Shown: piece after piece, positions 39,215 through 52,294 of the stretch | How the letters are laid out: each line of letters opens with the position of its first letter | Numbering within the stretch: the first letter of the stretch is position 1 | Source of the DNA: Octopus bimaculoides | Lineage: Eukaryota | Length of the DNA: 64,000 bases | Direction of reading: 5' to 3' | Assembly (NCBI RefSeq): GCF_001194135.2 | Contig: NC_068983.1 | Coordinates: 149,625,706 to 149,689,705 of the forward strand | Notes under the pieces: generated by a model | What the model saw: the letters and a program-made list of their open reading frames with translations, nothing else | What the model was told of the DNA's origin: nothing | The model's database searches: none | Translations under genes and position numbers: made by a program

Positions 39215-39390
39215 TCATAAGATCCATAGCTGCTCTTGGAGGAATTCACCGTTACAATCATTCAGACCACTCACAACTACCTCTCCACGTTTTTCTTGCA
39301 GCAGTTTAGGTTGGGCATCAACAGCCTCAACCTCAGCTGTTTGGTGGACTTGCAAAGACCGTGGGGTCTTCAGCCTCTTTCCTTGACTAA
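39215..39390 (-). other. Candidate orphan terminal coding exon (57 aa plus stop) of an unidentified gene
   Basis: Acceptor TTTATTTATTTATAAG; phase-1 open frame SQGKRLKTPRSLQVHQTAEVEAVDAQPKLLQEKRGEVVVSGLNDCNGEFLQEQLWIL*; AATAAA at 39100-39095 downstream; GC content higher than flanks. Upstream exons not established. Confidence 0.4.
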
Positions 39391-39423
39391 CTTATAAATA
39401 AATAAAGTTCCTGAATAGGATGC

Positions 39424-40005
39424 CGGGATCTTTTTTAAAACGGGGACCACATTTTTCATTAATGTTTTACGTAGTGTTTTTGGTACTGAAAGACTTTCAA
39501 ACTTCGTATACTTATCTATTTTGTGTTATAGAACAGAAAAATATTTTTGTATTCGAATTTATTTCATGTAAAAAATTGTCTTATTTCGATAATTTCAACC
39601 AATCACTGACAAGTATTCAGTTGTTTACATTTACTCCTTTGGCTGATTAAGCCATAGCTTCGTTTTATTTGCTTTTTTCATTTTCTTTTTTTTTTCTTCG
39701 TTTTATTTGCTTTTTTCTTTTTAAATTTGCTGTTTTACCCTAACCCTAACCCTATCACCGATAGAATTGTTTCAGAATCGTTTGTTTATGTAGTCGGCAC
39801 TTAATGTATATCGGCTGAATGGACGTCAGTGATTGGTTGAAATTACAGAAATACGACAACTTTAACATGGAATAACTTAGGGATTTCTTTTTTTTTAAAG
39901 AAGACTAAGAGAAAAAGATGTTTTATATGACACATTCTACCAGTCTTCCAAGTTTCAAAGTGTTTCGTTAATGAAAAATGTGGCCCCCGTTTTAAAAAAG
40001 ATCCG
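39424..40005. mobile_element. Non-autonomous DNA transposon (MITE-like) with ~45-bp TIRs, subterminal IRs and internal (CCCTAA) repeats
   Basis: CGGGATCTTTTTTAAAACGGGGACCACATTTTTCATTAA vs TTAATGAAAAATGTGGCCCCCGTTTTAAAAAAGATCCG; flanking GATGC direct repeat (39419-23 and 40006-10); inner IR AATTTCAACCAATCACTGAC / GTCAGTGATTGGTTGAAATT. Confidence 0.85.
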
Positions 40006-40114
40006 GATGCCGTTCTAATTCGGTTAGCATTCCTAATCAGCATTCGTCTATTTATCAGATTTTTTAATGACATGTTGAGTTGGTTGAAATACCTTCACGA
40101 GGAAAAATTAACAT

Positions 40115-40450
40115 AGGCGCAGGAGTGGCTGTGGAGTAAGAAGCATGCTTCCCAACCACATGGTTCCGAGTTCAGTCTAAAGCCTTGTAAGTGGATTTAG
40201 TAGACGGAAACTGAAAGAAGCCTGTCATATATATGTGTGTGTGTGTGTATTTGTGTGTATGTGTTTGTCCCCACCATCGCTTGACAACCGATGTAGGTCT
40301 GTTTACGTCTCTATAACTTAGCGGTTCGACAAAGAAGACCGATAAAATAACTACTAGGCTTATAAAGAATAAGTCATGGGGTCGATTTGTCTGATTAAAG
40401 GCGGTGCTCCAGCATGGCCGCAGTCAAATGACTGAAACAAGTAAAAGAAT
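40115..40450 (+). mobile_element. Octopus-type tRNA-derived SINE with an internal deletion
   Basis: Same head and tail as 38418-38840. Confidence 0.85.
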
Positions 40451-41104
40451 TAAAAAAATATTGTCTGAAATATGGGACAAACAAACCCAAACAAATCTTC
40501 AGTGATACGAGAGTGCTAAACACATTTTTATAATGTCTTATTTTCATCTGTTTAATATCTTCTCCCTTATCTTTCTTTTCAACACATCGGTTCAACAGTA
40601 ACAACAAAGAATAGTAAACAAGTGTGGCGAACGAAGTCGATACAGTAATTGCAAATGCCTTCTTTAAACAATTTAAAGCTAAACATCTATACAGAGGTTT
40701 AGGAAATTTATTTCTTTAAATATATAAGAAAGGTAAATTAAATTTAATCCCGAACCAACGTGGTCGTTCGACGGTAACTAAATTTCCCTCAAATTACAAG
40801 CTACTGTCAAGAAAAGAGAGAGACACATTTCATCATGTAGTTCTTGACAGACAATGTCTCTGAGAAGGCTGTGATGTAACATGGCTGGAATACCTCTGAT
40901 CATAAGTTTGCTCAGTAAGAGCTGACTCGTGGCTACCCAACAACAACAATCGAATATACTTCAGGCGGCGTAGATTCTGATTATATGGGAATATGTGGGT
41001 TAAAAATATTTTCGAGGGTGGGGGTGAGGAATTTCGGAAAATTAACAAGAGACAGTTTTCTTTATTCATCACTTTCAGAAAAATAGGTAATTTTTAATTA
41101 AACC

Positions 41105-41325
41105 TTTCAGAGTGTGTAGATAACGATTATATCGGAATTTAATATGAAAAAAAAAAAAAAAAACTTCTGTGGGCTCGTACAGATACATACTGACACACGT
41201 CACATAATCTACAAATTGAAACTTGAAATTTTGAAAAATTGTCATGCGTGTCAGTATGTATGTGTATGTTCTATCTTTTTTTTCCTATCAAATTCCAATA
41301 CAATCGTAATTTACACACTCTGAAA
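41105..41325. mobile_element. Hairpin MITE-like element
   Basis: TTTCAGAGTGTGTAGATAACGATT...GGAATTT vs AAATTCC...AATCGTAATTTACACACTCTGAAA; inner IR TACATACTGACAC / GTGTCAGTATGTA. Confidence 0.75.
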
Positions 41326-42914
41326 AGTATTTGTAGAAAATATCATTAAAAAATATCCATTTCACTAAAAGAATGTAGCCAGTGTTACAGCATATTTAAG
41401 CTACTGTCGCATTGTTTTGCAGTTCCGTACTTTTTAAGTGGGAATATTTAAAACCCTTCTCCAACTTTTTTACGAAACCGTTTGAAAAAAGAAAAAAAGA
41501 AAAACGTCTTCAGGTCTGTTGTTTCAAACATCAGAGTTGTAGAATCTTTTACAATTAAAAAAAAATTAATTAAGTAGGGTATATAAGTTATATACAGCTT
41601 CAGTAATATGTATATATGAAGATATTTTGTTTGCGTTTTTAGTGTATAAATATAGTTTGTTTGCATTTGTAATTACATCTTCCTCCTTAATAAATACAAA
41701 CTGAAACAGCATTCCATTAGGAATCTTGAGAGAGAGAGAAAGAACCAATTCTTTTAAATGCAAACAAAATAATTATTATACTAACAGTATACAGATTCTA
41801 GTTTTGAAAAAAACTGAAACATCCTAGACTAGCTCTGATCAAGCAGACCGATGATTACAAGATCCAAACCATGCCCATTCCTTTTGAAGACAGAAGAGCA
41901 TGAAGGAGATTTGGCTGCTCCTTCTAGCAGGTCGAATGATCATGAAGAGGTTGGTTCGTTCTTCGCAATAAGTATTAGACATAGATATACAAGAACAATG
42001 ATTGCCTTCTACTTGCTTCTTGAAATTCATAACCCAAACCCAACGTTGTGAAATACAAAATTAAATACCAATTTGTTCTAGAAAAATAATCTCAGATTAA
42101 TAGATCCACTTACCTATAGAAAAAGAGGCATTCAGTTAGAATTGTGATGATAATCAAAAGACATATTTATATATGATGGTTTAAAGACAGACGGGTGAAG
42201 CATGAAAATTACGACCCTTCTGATAAATATTCCGCCCTAACGCCTAACGCAATGATTTGACTCGAGCTTCACTCCCAACCAGATTTGTGCACATCCCGTG
42301 ATTGTGTGTTGGCATCGAGGTTCTACAAAAAAAAAACAAAAGAAAAAAACTTGGACAAAATTAATAATTTTGTGTGTGTGTATGTGTGTGTGTATGTATG
42401 TGCAATTTTATTAACTTTTACTGGGTTGTAAAAATTACAATAAAATATTTTGAACAATTTTACAACGGCGACTTGCTTCGCTGAGGTGTCAGGTGATGCC
42501 CATAGGGTACTTGGCTGTTCCAACGCCTTAGCTTTTCCACCGCCCGTGGTAATGCTGCGATCGTATTGGCTTCCTTCAGTAGGTTCCGTTCACTTTGTGG
42601 TGTGGGACCAATGGAGGCGCTTGGCGTTGAGTTGATGTGTTCTTCACCCCTTTTTCTATCTTTTTTCCTTTCTTTTTCTTTCATTGTTCCTCTTTTTACA
42701 TTTTTTTTCCTGTCCCAGTTTTGGATTTGTATTTTTATTGTGGTTTTGTATTATATATGTATCATATACATACGTGTTATATTCCAATAAAAGTTTATAC
42801 ATATGAAAATAAAATTACGCAAAGAAATATGTATGTTTCTGTGTATGTATGTATGTATGTATGTATGCATGTATGTATGTACGTATGTGTATGTGTGTAT
42901 GTCTCTTCTATTTT

Positions 42915-45225
42915 TTAATTATTATAAATCTTCCACTGAGGAGGGAGCCGGTTTCCAACAAAGATACAAGGCTCCATCTTTAGAATGTAGTTAAGACAGA
43001 CAAATTCACATTCGGAACTTGAGAAAAGTCTTGCAAATTTTTACTGTTCCACTCATGAACTGGACCTGTAATGTATGAATTAGCCAGTCAATTTCTCTTT
43101 CTGAAAATCCCAGTTTATCTAGATTCTCCTTTAAGCATTTACTAACAAAACATAGTGCTCCAATTATTATTGGTATGAATATGAATTCATAGTCTGGATG
43201 TAGAAGCTGGAGGTTTCGAAGCAGTTGTCCATAGATATCCTCTTTTTCTTTGATTTTTCAAAGAGATATTTATATCTGCAGGGCGACTAACCTCTATGAT
43301 GGTACATACCATTGCCCCTCTGTCCCAAACAACAATATCTGGTCTGTTATGCTTACATTAGACAGAAGTTTTGATGGGAATATTCCACCAGTATTCCTTG
43401 AGTTGGTGTTTATGAATGTATTCCATAACAGAAGGATTTTCTAAGTTTATTTCAGGACAGTCATTTTTGCAGATGGCATTGTAAATTGTTGTAGCAACAA
43501 CATCGTGCCGCATAGGAAGGTAGTACTGTGATGATATTTTAGGACAGCTGCTAATCACATGCGTAATGTCTTCCACAGAAACATGACATAGCCTACACAT
43601 ACGGTTGCACCTTGGGTTTACAAGAGCATCATTGTCTCTCTTGTTCACCAGGTATTTTGTGGCAATCTCCTGTTTCTGGATTGCAAATGCATAGCCTTCA
43701 AAGTGCAATATGATGTAGTGGTCTTGTGGTCAAGAGAGGCTGTGCTTCATGTCAATTCTACTGTCTTCTTCAAGCTTCCTGGCAACATACTCATGCATGG
43801 ATTTCTTTTGTATGCTGAGTGCGTTCCATCCAGGTCTTCTCTGAAGTAAGAGAACTCAGCTGTTTTGGGGCTGTATATGAGATCATCAGGAAGAGAGTGT
43901 TTCTTGAGGAGTTCACTGCCAACTCGTACAATGTTGCTCACTTCACTTTTCAGGACTGCATTAATATATATATTTTTGCTGCTGTTGTTTAGCAGGTGCT
44001 ACCTGAGTGATACCATATGGCATTCGAAGGCCATCTGCACTGATCTCAGGTTTCTACCACCTTCATTTCTTCTTAGGTAGAGCCTGTTAACATCACTGTT
44101 TCTGTGGAAGTTCCCAGTTGTTAGGATTTTGCAGGTTTTGATATCTATGGAATGGATTTCCTCTCCAGACCAATCAAGTATCCCAAATGTTGGGATCAGC
44201 ACTGGTACTGCAAATGCATTGTGGGAGATTGTTTTTTTGTAAGAGGAAAGTTCCAACTGCCATATTTTTCTAGGTCTGGTGTAATATTCTTGGGTCACTC
44301 TGTCTTTATTCACAGTGCCTTCATATGATACATTTTAGTCTATGCTTAGGTACTTGTAACATTCTTTGTATGGAATGGGGGAGATAGAAAGACCAGTGAT
44401 GCACAGGTTTTGGGTGTGGGGGACTGACTTACCTCATTCTATTACTAAATATGAACATTTCTTTTGGGCAAATTCCATGCCTATATCAGCTGAAAATGTT
44501 GTTATTAATTCCTGTTGCTTTTTTGGCATTGTTAACACTTAGCATAAATCTTCAGGTCGTCTACAAAGAAATTATGAGTTACATTGAGATTTCTGGCAGT
44601 TGAAGATCTTAGCAGGTAGCCATTTGTTTTCTGCAATAGGAATGATAATGGATTCAGCGCCAAAATGAAAAGAAGTACAAAAATACTATCTCCCTGGAAT
44701 ATTCCCTTTGTAATGCCTATACTATTAGAAACAATTATTCTGTTCTTAGTTGTAAGGGTAAGAATAATTGTCCATGTCTTTATGATTCTCTCTTTAGCAG
44801 CAATTAAGGTAGTAGGTACCTATACCAGATGTAGGTACTTCAACAGCTATGAATGAGGGATAGAGTCGAATGCCTTCTTATAGTCAAGCCATACTGTCAC
44901 AAGGTTTCTGTGTTGTTTTCTTACTTCAGAGAGTACAGCTTTGTTTATTAAAAGCTGTGTGGCACATCTCCACACTCACTTCTTTCCACCAGCCTGTTCC
45001 TCAGTCATAGGGTTGTTCAACTCATAATAGTCATGGAGGAATTGGTTGAGGCAACTTGTGTACATAATGTTTAGGCAGGCAAAGGCCTGTAGTTTCCTGC
45101 TATCTCAGTGATTTCATTTTTGGCAACAAGATTTGTCCTTGCTGTAGTAAGCCAATGTGGTATATCAGTCTGACCTTCCATAGTCCTTTTGAACAACTGG
45201 TTTCTGTAAAATGTCAACTTCTTAT
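42915..45225 (-). mobile_element. R4/Dong-clade non-LTR retrotransposon, 5'-truncated and degenerate (RT, CCHC knuckle, REL endonuclease)
   Basis: IPHWLTTARTNLVAK..NYRPL; LDYKKAFDSIPHS; HNFFVDDLKI; CRLCHVSVEDITHVISSCPK..MRHDVVA; WWNIPIKT..HNRPDIVVWD..IIEVSRPADINI..KEKEDIY; C-terminal KICKTFLKF; TAA-like 3' end. Confidence 0.88.
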
Positions 45226-45262
45226 CTGTCTGTCTGTCTGTCTCTCTCTCTCTGTGTCTCTC

Positions 45263-45295
<33 letters not shown>

Positions 45296-45308
45296 GTGTC
45301 TCTCTCTC

Positions 45309-45346
<38 letters not shown>
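45225..45346. repeat. Compound (TCTG)n/(TC)n microsatellite
   Basis: Directly visible; sits at the 5' truncation point of the R4/Dong copy. Confidence 0.95.
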
Positions 45347-45347
<1 letters not shown>

Positions 45348-45449
45348 TCTGTATTTTTAATCATACAATCATACAAGCATCATACAATCTACCTTTTACT
45401 CTGAGAGAGATTCATTTTGTTGTTCTTTGATTTTGTAAGCATGTCCACG

Positions 45450-46070
45450 AGTATTAAACATATGGAATTCAAAAGGTATCCAAGGGTAATGTTGTAAACA
45501 TAGTGTCTACTAAGTCAGTTGCCAGATGTTGGAGCTTTAATGTATCTATGTCCAGGGAAGCAAGACGTTCTGAGTATGGTAGATGCCTGATGGCAGGTAT
45601 TCACTTGGTTGCATGTTTCTGAACAGTTTCCGAGAGATTGATACACCAAGCAAGATAGGGGTTCTAGACTGGTGATGCAAACTCTAAGTGCAAATACACC
45701 ATAGCCATATACAGCTTTAAATACATAGCTGGAGAGTGGTTTACAAAGGTCTTACTGAGTGATGCTAAGACACCCTCAGCCTTCTTGACAATCTTAGTAA
45801 TGTTTGTCTATCACAGATCACTGTTGACAATAATATCCAGGTCATATTCACTAACAGACTTCTTAAGATTGGAGTTATTGAGGCTGGGTTTTTCCTCCCA
45901 AAATGCATGGTCGTACACTTGTTCACAACTAGCTTGAGTTGCCAGTCAATAATCCATTGCTACATTGTGTCCAGGTCTGACTGCAGGAAAGATCTATAGC
46001 ACATAGAATCTGTTCTTTTTATCTCAAGGTACAACATGATGTCATCTGCATTTCCATCAGCTTTTTGCTC
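45450..46070 (-). mobile_element. CR1/L2-type LINE RT C-terminal remnant
   Basis: ADDIMLYLEI; ETVQKHATK*IPAIRHLPYSERLASLDIDTLKL. Confidence 0.75.
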
Positions 46071-48530
46071 AATCAATCCAAAGGAAAATAAATATAATGG
46101 AGAAGCATAATTTGTGACAGTAAATACCAAGGGTTTATCTAAATACCACTGCTGGTATATTATTGCTACCAGTCAACTACAGATTTGGTCAACTATTCCC
46201 ACATAAAATTTGATTTTTCCTGTTTAAAGAAAGAAATCTTGGAGAATAATACTTTAAATAGCTAAGTATTCTATTTTCAGTTTTGCATTCTTCTTTGTGA
46301 TTTCAACTTCAGAACAGCTGTTCCTAATCCTGTAATATTCATGTACATCCCATATTTATAGCGTTGAAGATACCAGCTAAGAAATTAAAGTTAAATTTAT
46401 GCAGAAGAACTGATGGTGTAACTGAAACAGTTGGTTCTGAAATACAAGGATTAATGGTCTCATTAGAGACTAATTATGTGGTGAAATAAAGTAAATCATT
46501 CTGATTTCAAATAGAAGAGAAATTCCAATACCTAGGCACATAGAATTGGTTTAAATTATGGTAGTGAATTTTATAATCCGCTGAGTTATTGGAGCAGTAA
46601 TAGAGGAATTGTCATCATGTAATTAGTATTGTTTGAACCAATGGGAAGATTTCAGCTCAGCACTACAAGCTTATGAAAGAAACATTTATTGATTATAATG
46701 TCTCTTTGACATTTACTGTTGTGAATTATGTTTCTTCATTATACTAACTTGTGATCTGTTAGATTTAGTTGAAAGTTGATAATAGACATCAAACTAAGTT
46801 TATATATTAACACTATATTGGTTTCAAATTGTGGCACAGGGTTAGCAAGTTCGAGGGAGGGGTAAGTCGATTACATTGACCCCAGTGCTAAAGGGATGAA
46901 AAGCAAAGTCAACTTCAGCAGAATTTGAATTCAGAATATAATATCAAGATGGATGAAATGCTGCTAAGCATTTTGTCCAGTATGCTAATGGTTTGGCCAG
47001 CTTGTTGATATTGACCTAATAATAGTGCAAAAAGAATAAAAATAAAAAAATAAAATAATAAACTGCATGATTTTTATTTTCATCTGACAAAGGTCAGCAT
47101 TTTATTAGAAAATCAAGGTTTCCTCAAGTAAAAACTGGTCTAAACTGGATGGTGATAATCATATTTTCCTTTGCCACTGATTAAATCATTATCAAATATA
47201 AGACTTTAATGAAAACTAAAGAGCAAATTACATGGTGTTAATTACTCAATTTGCAAAAACTTACAATATTATTCATGGAACTTCTGTTTAATCTAAGTTA
47301 AAGTTTAGCTAAAATTAAGTCTTTATTAAGAAAGCAGCACAATGGCAAAATAGTACTACACTAAACTGAATGAGTTGGGTGACAGTTAAAAGTTCTACTT
47401 TGCCAGTTTCTCTTTTGTCAATAAATTAAATACCAGTCATGTGATTAGGTTGATTCCAAAACGTACATATTTCCTGTACATACCCTTGACCTTTTAATCA
47501 ATATAAAACATGAATACTGTTGTATTAGCTGTAGTTGCTAATAAATAGTGCAGTAAATGGGAATCAGGCAAGCAAGTAGATATATGTTAGTACCAGACTC
47601 TATCTATTTCTAAATAAGCCAGCATAAAATGGGACTTCATTTTGTGCACTACTTTTTCAACCTTGTCAGTTGATACATTTCTGGAGCTGGAGTGACACAA
47701 CCCTACAGCTCACCAGTTCCTTGTCAAACAGTCTAACTCATGCCATCATGGAAAGTATATGTGAAATGATGATGATGATGATGATGATCACTTATTTTTG
47801 TCGTTGCTGAAGGATTTTCTCTTTCAACAGCTTCTTTATCACCAGGGATATTTTTAGTGCAATTAAGAATTTTTGTATTGTTATCATCTCAAACAACAAT
47901 ATCATCAATAGGAACAACAAGAACAACACAATCCTATACAATCTCATCTCATCTTAAACGACAACATAAAATGAGCAGTGACAAGAAGAAAAATCTTCAA
48001 TTGCATAAAGAAAAATATCCCACATAATAGACAAGTTAGCTACAACACAGTGATAAGAAGATTTTTCTTTTGACATAGTCAAAGTGACATTCTATCAAAA
48101 ATTAATATAGTGAACTTTTTTATATAATAAATTTTTACTAGAATTAATTAAAACTACTTAGCATTTTAAAGATTAAAATTTTATTGCCAAATATCTTATG
48201 ACTAAAATAATTGACCAGTGACTATTTTATAATAGCGTGTATAACTTGTATTGTAATTCTATAATTAAGAATCAGCTCTTAGAAAGTGAAAGATTTTTTC
48301 AAATGAATCATTTCTAGTTAGTTGATATTTTCTTTATTGAATACTTTCATTCTGTAGTTTAATAAGCATTTTTTTCGTATTGTGCCTTCAAATTTTATTT
48401 TGCTTACAAATATTATCAGTTATCATGTCATTCAGTTTCATTTCAAAAGATGTATGTATTAGCAGCAGAAGCAATATTAATATCAAGAGGTAATATCTAT
48501 CTCCACTTAAATGTGGATGTTCTGTTTGAA

Positions 48531-48753
48531 CAAACTATACTATGGTAGATACCGTGAGAGAAACTCTCATATTGGCTTTCATTTCAGTGCAAATTGCTCT
48601 CTTGCTTATAACACTAGCAGGGAAATAAATCACCACCATCTCCAGCACTGATTCCGTCATTATCTCCCCTGCTAGCAATATAAACAAGTGTACATTTTGC
48701 ACCAAAAGCCAATATGAGAGTTTCTCTCATGGTATCTACTGCAGTATAGTTTG
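48531..48753. mobile_element. ~220-bp hairpin MITE
   Basis: CAAACTATAC..GGTAGATACCGTGAGAGAAACTCTCATATTGGCTTT mirrored by AAAAGCCAATATGAGAGTTTCTCTCATGGTATCTAC..GTATAGTTTG. Confidence 0.85.
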
Positions 48754-48769
48754 TCAAAACTCACTTTCA

Positions 48770-49130
48770 ATCCATCTTCCTAACACCTACGATCCAATCA
48801 CCTATGATCACCATCCACTGCAAGCTCTGCCACTCTCCCTCATGTGCCTGCCAGCACACTCTCCATGCCCTCACATATTGACCATACCCCACTCCCAGCC
48901 ACTCCATTTTCTCTCACCATTCCTTGCTGCAGTTACTTCTTCCTCATCTCTAAACATTTTCCTTCACGTTCTTATGACACATCTCTATCCCCTCTGTACC
49001 ACTTACATCCCACCCACTGAACCCTGAGAATAGGGCCCCCAATGTATCTCCAATACCATCTATTTCTCTTTCTCTCTTAGTCTGACTGTTCCTATCTTTC
49101 ACCCTAACTCTCCCTTTCTTTTCCTATTGG
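48770..49130 (+). mobile_element. Highly degenerate fragment, possibly Penelope GIY-YIG/3' region
   Basis: C-rich stretch with a HCKLCHS remnant resembling PLE CxxC; weak. Confidence 0.3.
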
Positions 49131-50269
49131 TGTCTTCAATAGTAAGACACCAATCTCTATCCTTTTTTTATACTCTGACCTCTCACTTGAGACAAAGCCA
49201 CTTCCCTTGGTTCTACTCCCTCTCCCATCTGAGAGGTTTTCATCTCACAAGTTACTAGGTGACTATGCTGGTGTTGATGCCTTGGTAAAGGCACTAGTGC
49301 TTGTGCCACATAAAAAGCACCTAGTACAGTCTGTAAAGTAGTTGGTGTTAAGAAGGGCATCTATCCATAGAAACAATGACAAAGCAAACTATTGGAGCCT
49401 GATGATGGTGGTGGTGATACATATATATATTCAGCCATTTCAAGAGCTGTATTTCCTGGCAAAAAAGTCAATGTAGTATACAGTGTAAACATGCAGTGTA
49501 CACATTCAAACATCAAGCACTATTTTCCCAAGCCCTGCTGCATTTCACATGGAATTTTTGGTCCATCAAAATCGACCTACCTTTTTCATCTGTAAATTTT
49601 GGTCTGAAACATTTGACTTGTATACCAGAAAATACAGTATACAAATCCTATAAGAGAATAATAATAGTAATTTGATATTAGATACTAATCTAGAGAGACA
49701 CTGTTCCCATTTTCAATACAATGAATAGATTTGAAATCATTGATGTGTGAAAAATGCCAGTTGGCTATAAATCCATTTCTTTCTGATGCACATTTTGTTC
49801 CTATAAACCTATGTGAAGAATTTTATATATTTTCCCATTATCCTCATGACTCATCCTTTTTACCATTCAGTTTGAAACCCCTTAATTTTTGTACTTGTCT
49901 CATTCTGTCCTTTTTATTGACGCCACCAAACTGAACAATACCAGAAAGGTATTGAAATTGTGATGATGTTTTTTCCCCATTTTCTTTATGTTCTTTCATT
50001 GCCCTTCTGTATCACATTTGACTGTTATATCAGTTGCAAATCGAAATATGTTGTAAGCGAATATTTAATTTTGATTTAATTTACCCATAATTATTTAGTT
50101 GAAATTAGATTTATTGCTGTTTCAAAACAAAAATCATTGTTATACTAATGGAGTCTAATACTTTTTATTACTAACTTTAAAATAATTAAACATTCAATAC
50201 TATCAACTAATTTGGTACTATGAACACAATGGAAATAAATTCTCTCAAATGTCTGGATAGTTCACTACA

Positions 50270-50700
50270 GGTAGTTGGTAGCTTTTGTTACTTATGTAAT
50301 TACCAGGGGAAGTGGTTTCTCTGAAAGTATAGCAACCAGGAAAAGAACATGTTGGAGAAAGATTAGGGAGTTACTACTGCTGCTGGTAACAAAGATCTTG
50401 TCCCTCAAAACGAAGGGCACATATAATACTTGCACTAGAACTGTGTTGCTGCATGATAGTGAGACATAGGCCTTAAATGCAGAGGAATTGAGAAGACTAG
50501 AAAGAAACAGAGCAAGCATGCTCATCTGGATGTGCAATATAAGAGTGTATGAATGACATAATACCAAATGTACTGAGAGAAAAACTGGGCATAAGAGAAA
50601 TTCAATGTAGTGTACAAGAAAGAAGTCTGTGCTAGCATGGACATGTGATGTGCATATGGATGAGGACAGCTATATATAGAAGTACCTGTAGCGTACCTGT
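50270..50700 (+). mobile_element. Old RTE RT C-terminal remnant
   Basis: GSGFSESIATRKRTCWRKIRELLLLLVTKILSLKTKG..RTVLLHDSET. Confidence 0.75.
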
Positions 50701-51134
50701 AGATAACAGCTAGCCTTTGGACCCAGTATAGCACTCGATCAGTTAGGAGAGTAAAAATATTACCATACATAAAGAAACATACAACTCTTGTGAAATTCAG
50801 TAACCCAGGGTTTCTTGGCTGAAATATCAAATTTATTTTGCCATTTTGTAATCAAGTAAAGTCAGCAATATGGTTTGGCAATTTCAGTTGATGTAATTGA
50901 AGTTTGAATGAGCACATATATTGAAAATAAAAAGTGATCATGAAGGGATAATTTACAGCAACTATAGCAATCTTTTGTTTTGACAACTGTTGAAAATTTC
51001 AAACAAATTCTGGAATAGGTTATGCCCTACCTGGTGATTTATCTTCAATTCCCTCTAAGATGTACTTTGTACAATGCAGACATGAAAAAAAAAAAAAAAA
51101 AAATCTCAATTTTGGTATTCATACAGGTGTGCAA

Positions 51135-51524
51135 TATATCCTCCGTAATTTATGAGACACTGGTAACAACAAATTATGGCACTGGCCAGAGAGAAACCAA
51201 GTGATATATAGGGTTTGAGGAAAAGAAATTTAAATCCAGATTAATAACTATCTTTCTACCTCGAGGCATCCCAGGAAGAGACATATGACTCTTTCAACAC
51301 TAATCTAGAGACTTAAAGATGCCAACATCAACTACAATAACAAATGGAAGATCCTTTCTAAGACCAGACCTTATATCAATGGGTCAAAAAGATGTTGTGT
51401 ATGCTCACTTGAAAAACTGCATTTTTTAAAGAACTTAAGAAGCTCCAAGAACTGTTTGAATACCAAAAGCAAGATTTTTCCCCCAACTCTGCATTTTACA
51501 AAGTACATCTTAGCAGGAATTTAA
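51135..51524 (+). mobile_element. Penelope-like element GIY-YIG endonuclease remnant
   Basis: SVIYETLVT...K*YIGFEEKKFKSR (frameshift) NNYLST..TLSTLI*RLKDANINYNNKWKILSKTRPYINGSKRCCVCSLEK..LNTKSKI. This is the PLE pattern VIY..YIG..FK.R..NH..LS..IW.LK..W.I..C.LC..EK..LN. Confidence 0.75.
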
Positions 51525-52294
51525 AAATAAATCACCAGACAGACCCTAACCCATTCCAGTGTTGGTTTATGAAAATTTCAACATTCGTAAAAAAACAACA
51601 AAAAAAAAACGCCCTTGTCGTGCAGTTATCTCCCCTTGAACGCTGTCTTTTCTTTTAAATATACATTTGCACATTCAAACCTGCAACACAATGATTCCCA
51701 ACCTTTTTACAGTAGTTTCTAATCCTTTCATTTAAATGAGTTTTCCCATGGACCCCTTTTAATATGCTTATCCTTATATATATATATATATATAGAGCAA
51801 TGATAAATCTTTGAGAGAGACATAAACAGTAGCAGCACAACATCGTTAAGTATATTTGCCACCTAAATGTGGCTGACCCGGTGCTATTGTAGTTTATAGC
51901 CCCAGGAAGACATCTCCTCCAGCTGGCTAATGACACACTGTCTGTGCCCTATCAGTATTTGCAAAGGGAAATTATATATATATATATTACAAATTAAAAG
52001 GGTAAAGGATTATCAATTTATTAATTAATAATTTTTACCAAGCCCATTGGTATGTAAGCACCATTATTGGTGGAGAACTTATTTAAAAGCTCATATGTAT
52101 TTATAAACATAATTAAGGGATCAGCAAATATTTGCTTCACCATATACCGAAGTTCAGAAATAGCAGCTAAAAAAGCTGAGAATCCCAAAGATAGCTGATC
52201 CCTTAATTATGTTTACGGTGGTGCACCAGCATGACCGCAGCCACTTGGCTGAAACACATAAATAAATAAATAAATATATATATATATATATATA

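Noticed and set aside
42470-42560. Possible HDV-like ribozyme in the unclassified repeat (GCGAA motif)
   Set aside because: Could not form P1/P1' and P3 pairings by hand.
47780-47950. Short - strand ORF with a hydrophobic, signal-anchor-like N-terminus (MRLYRIVLFLLFLLMILLF...)
   Set aside because: The hydrophobicity comes from a decayed (CAA)n low-complexity tract. There is no good donor and no downstream exons were found.
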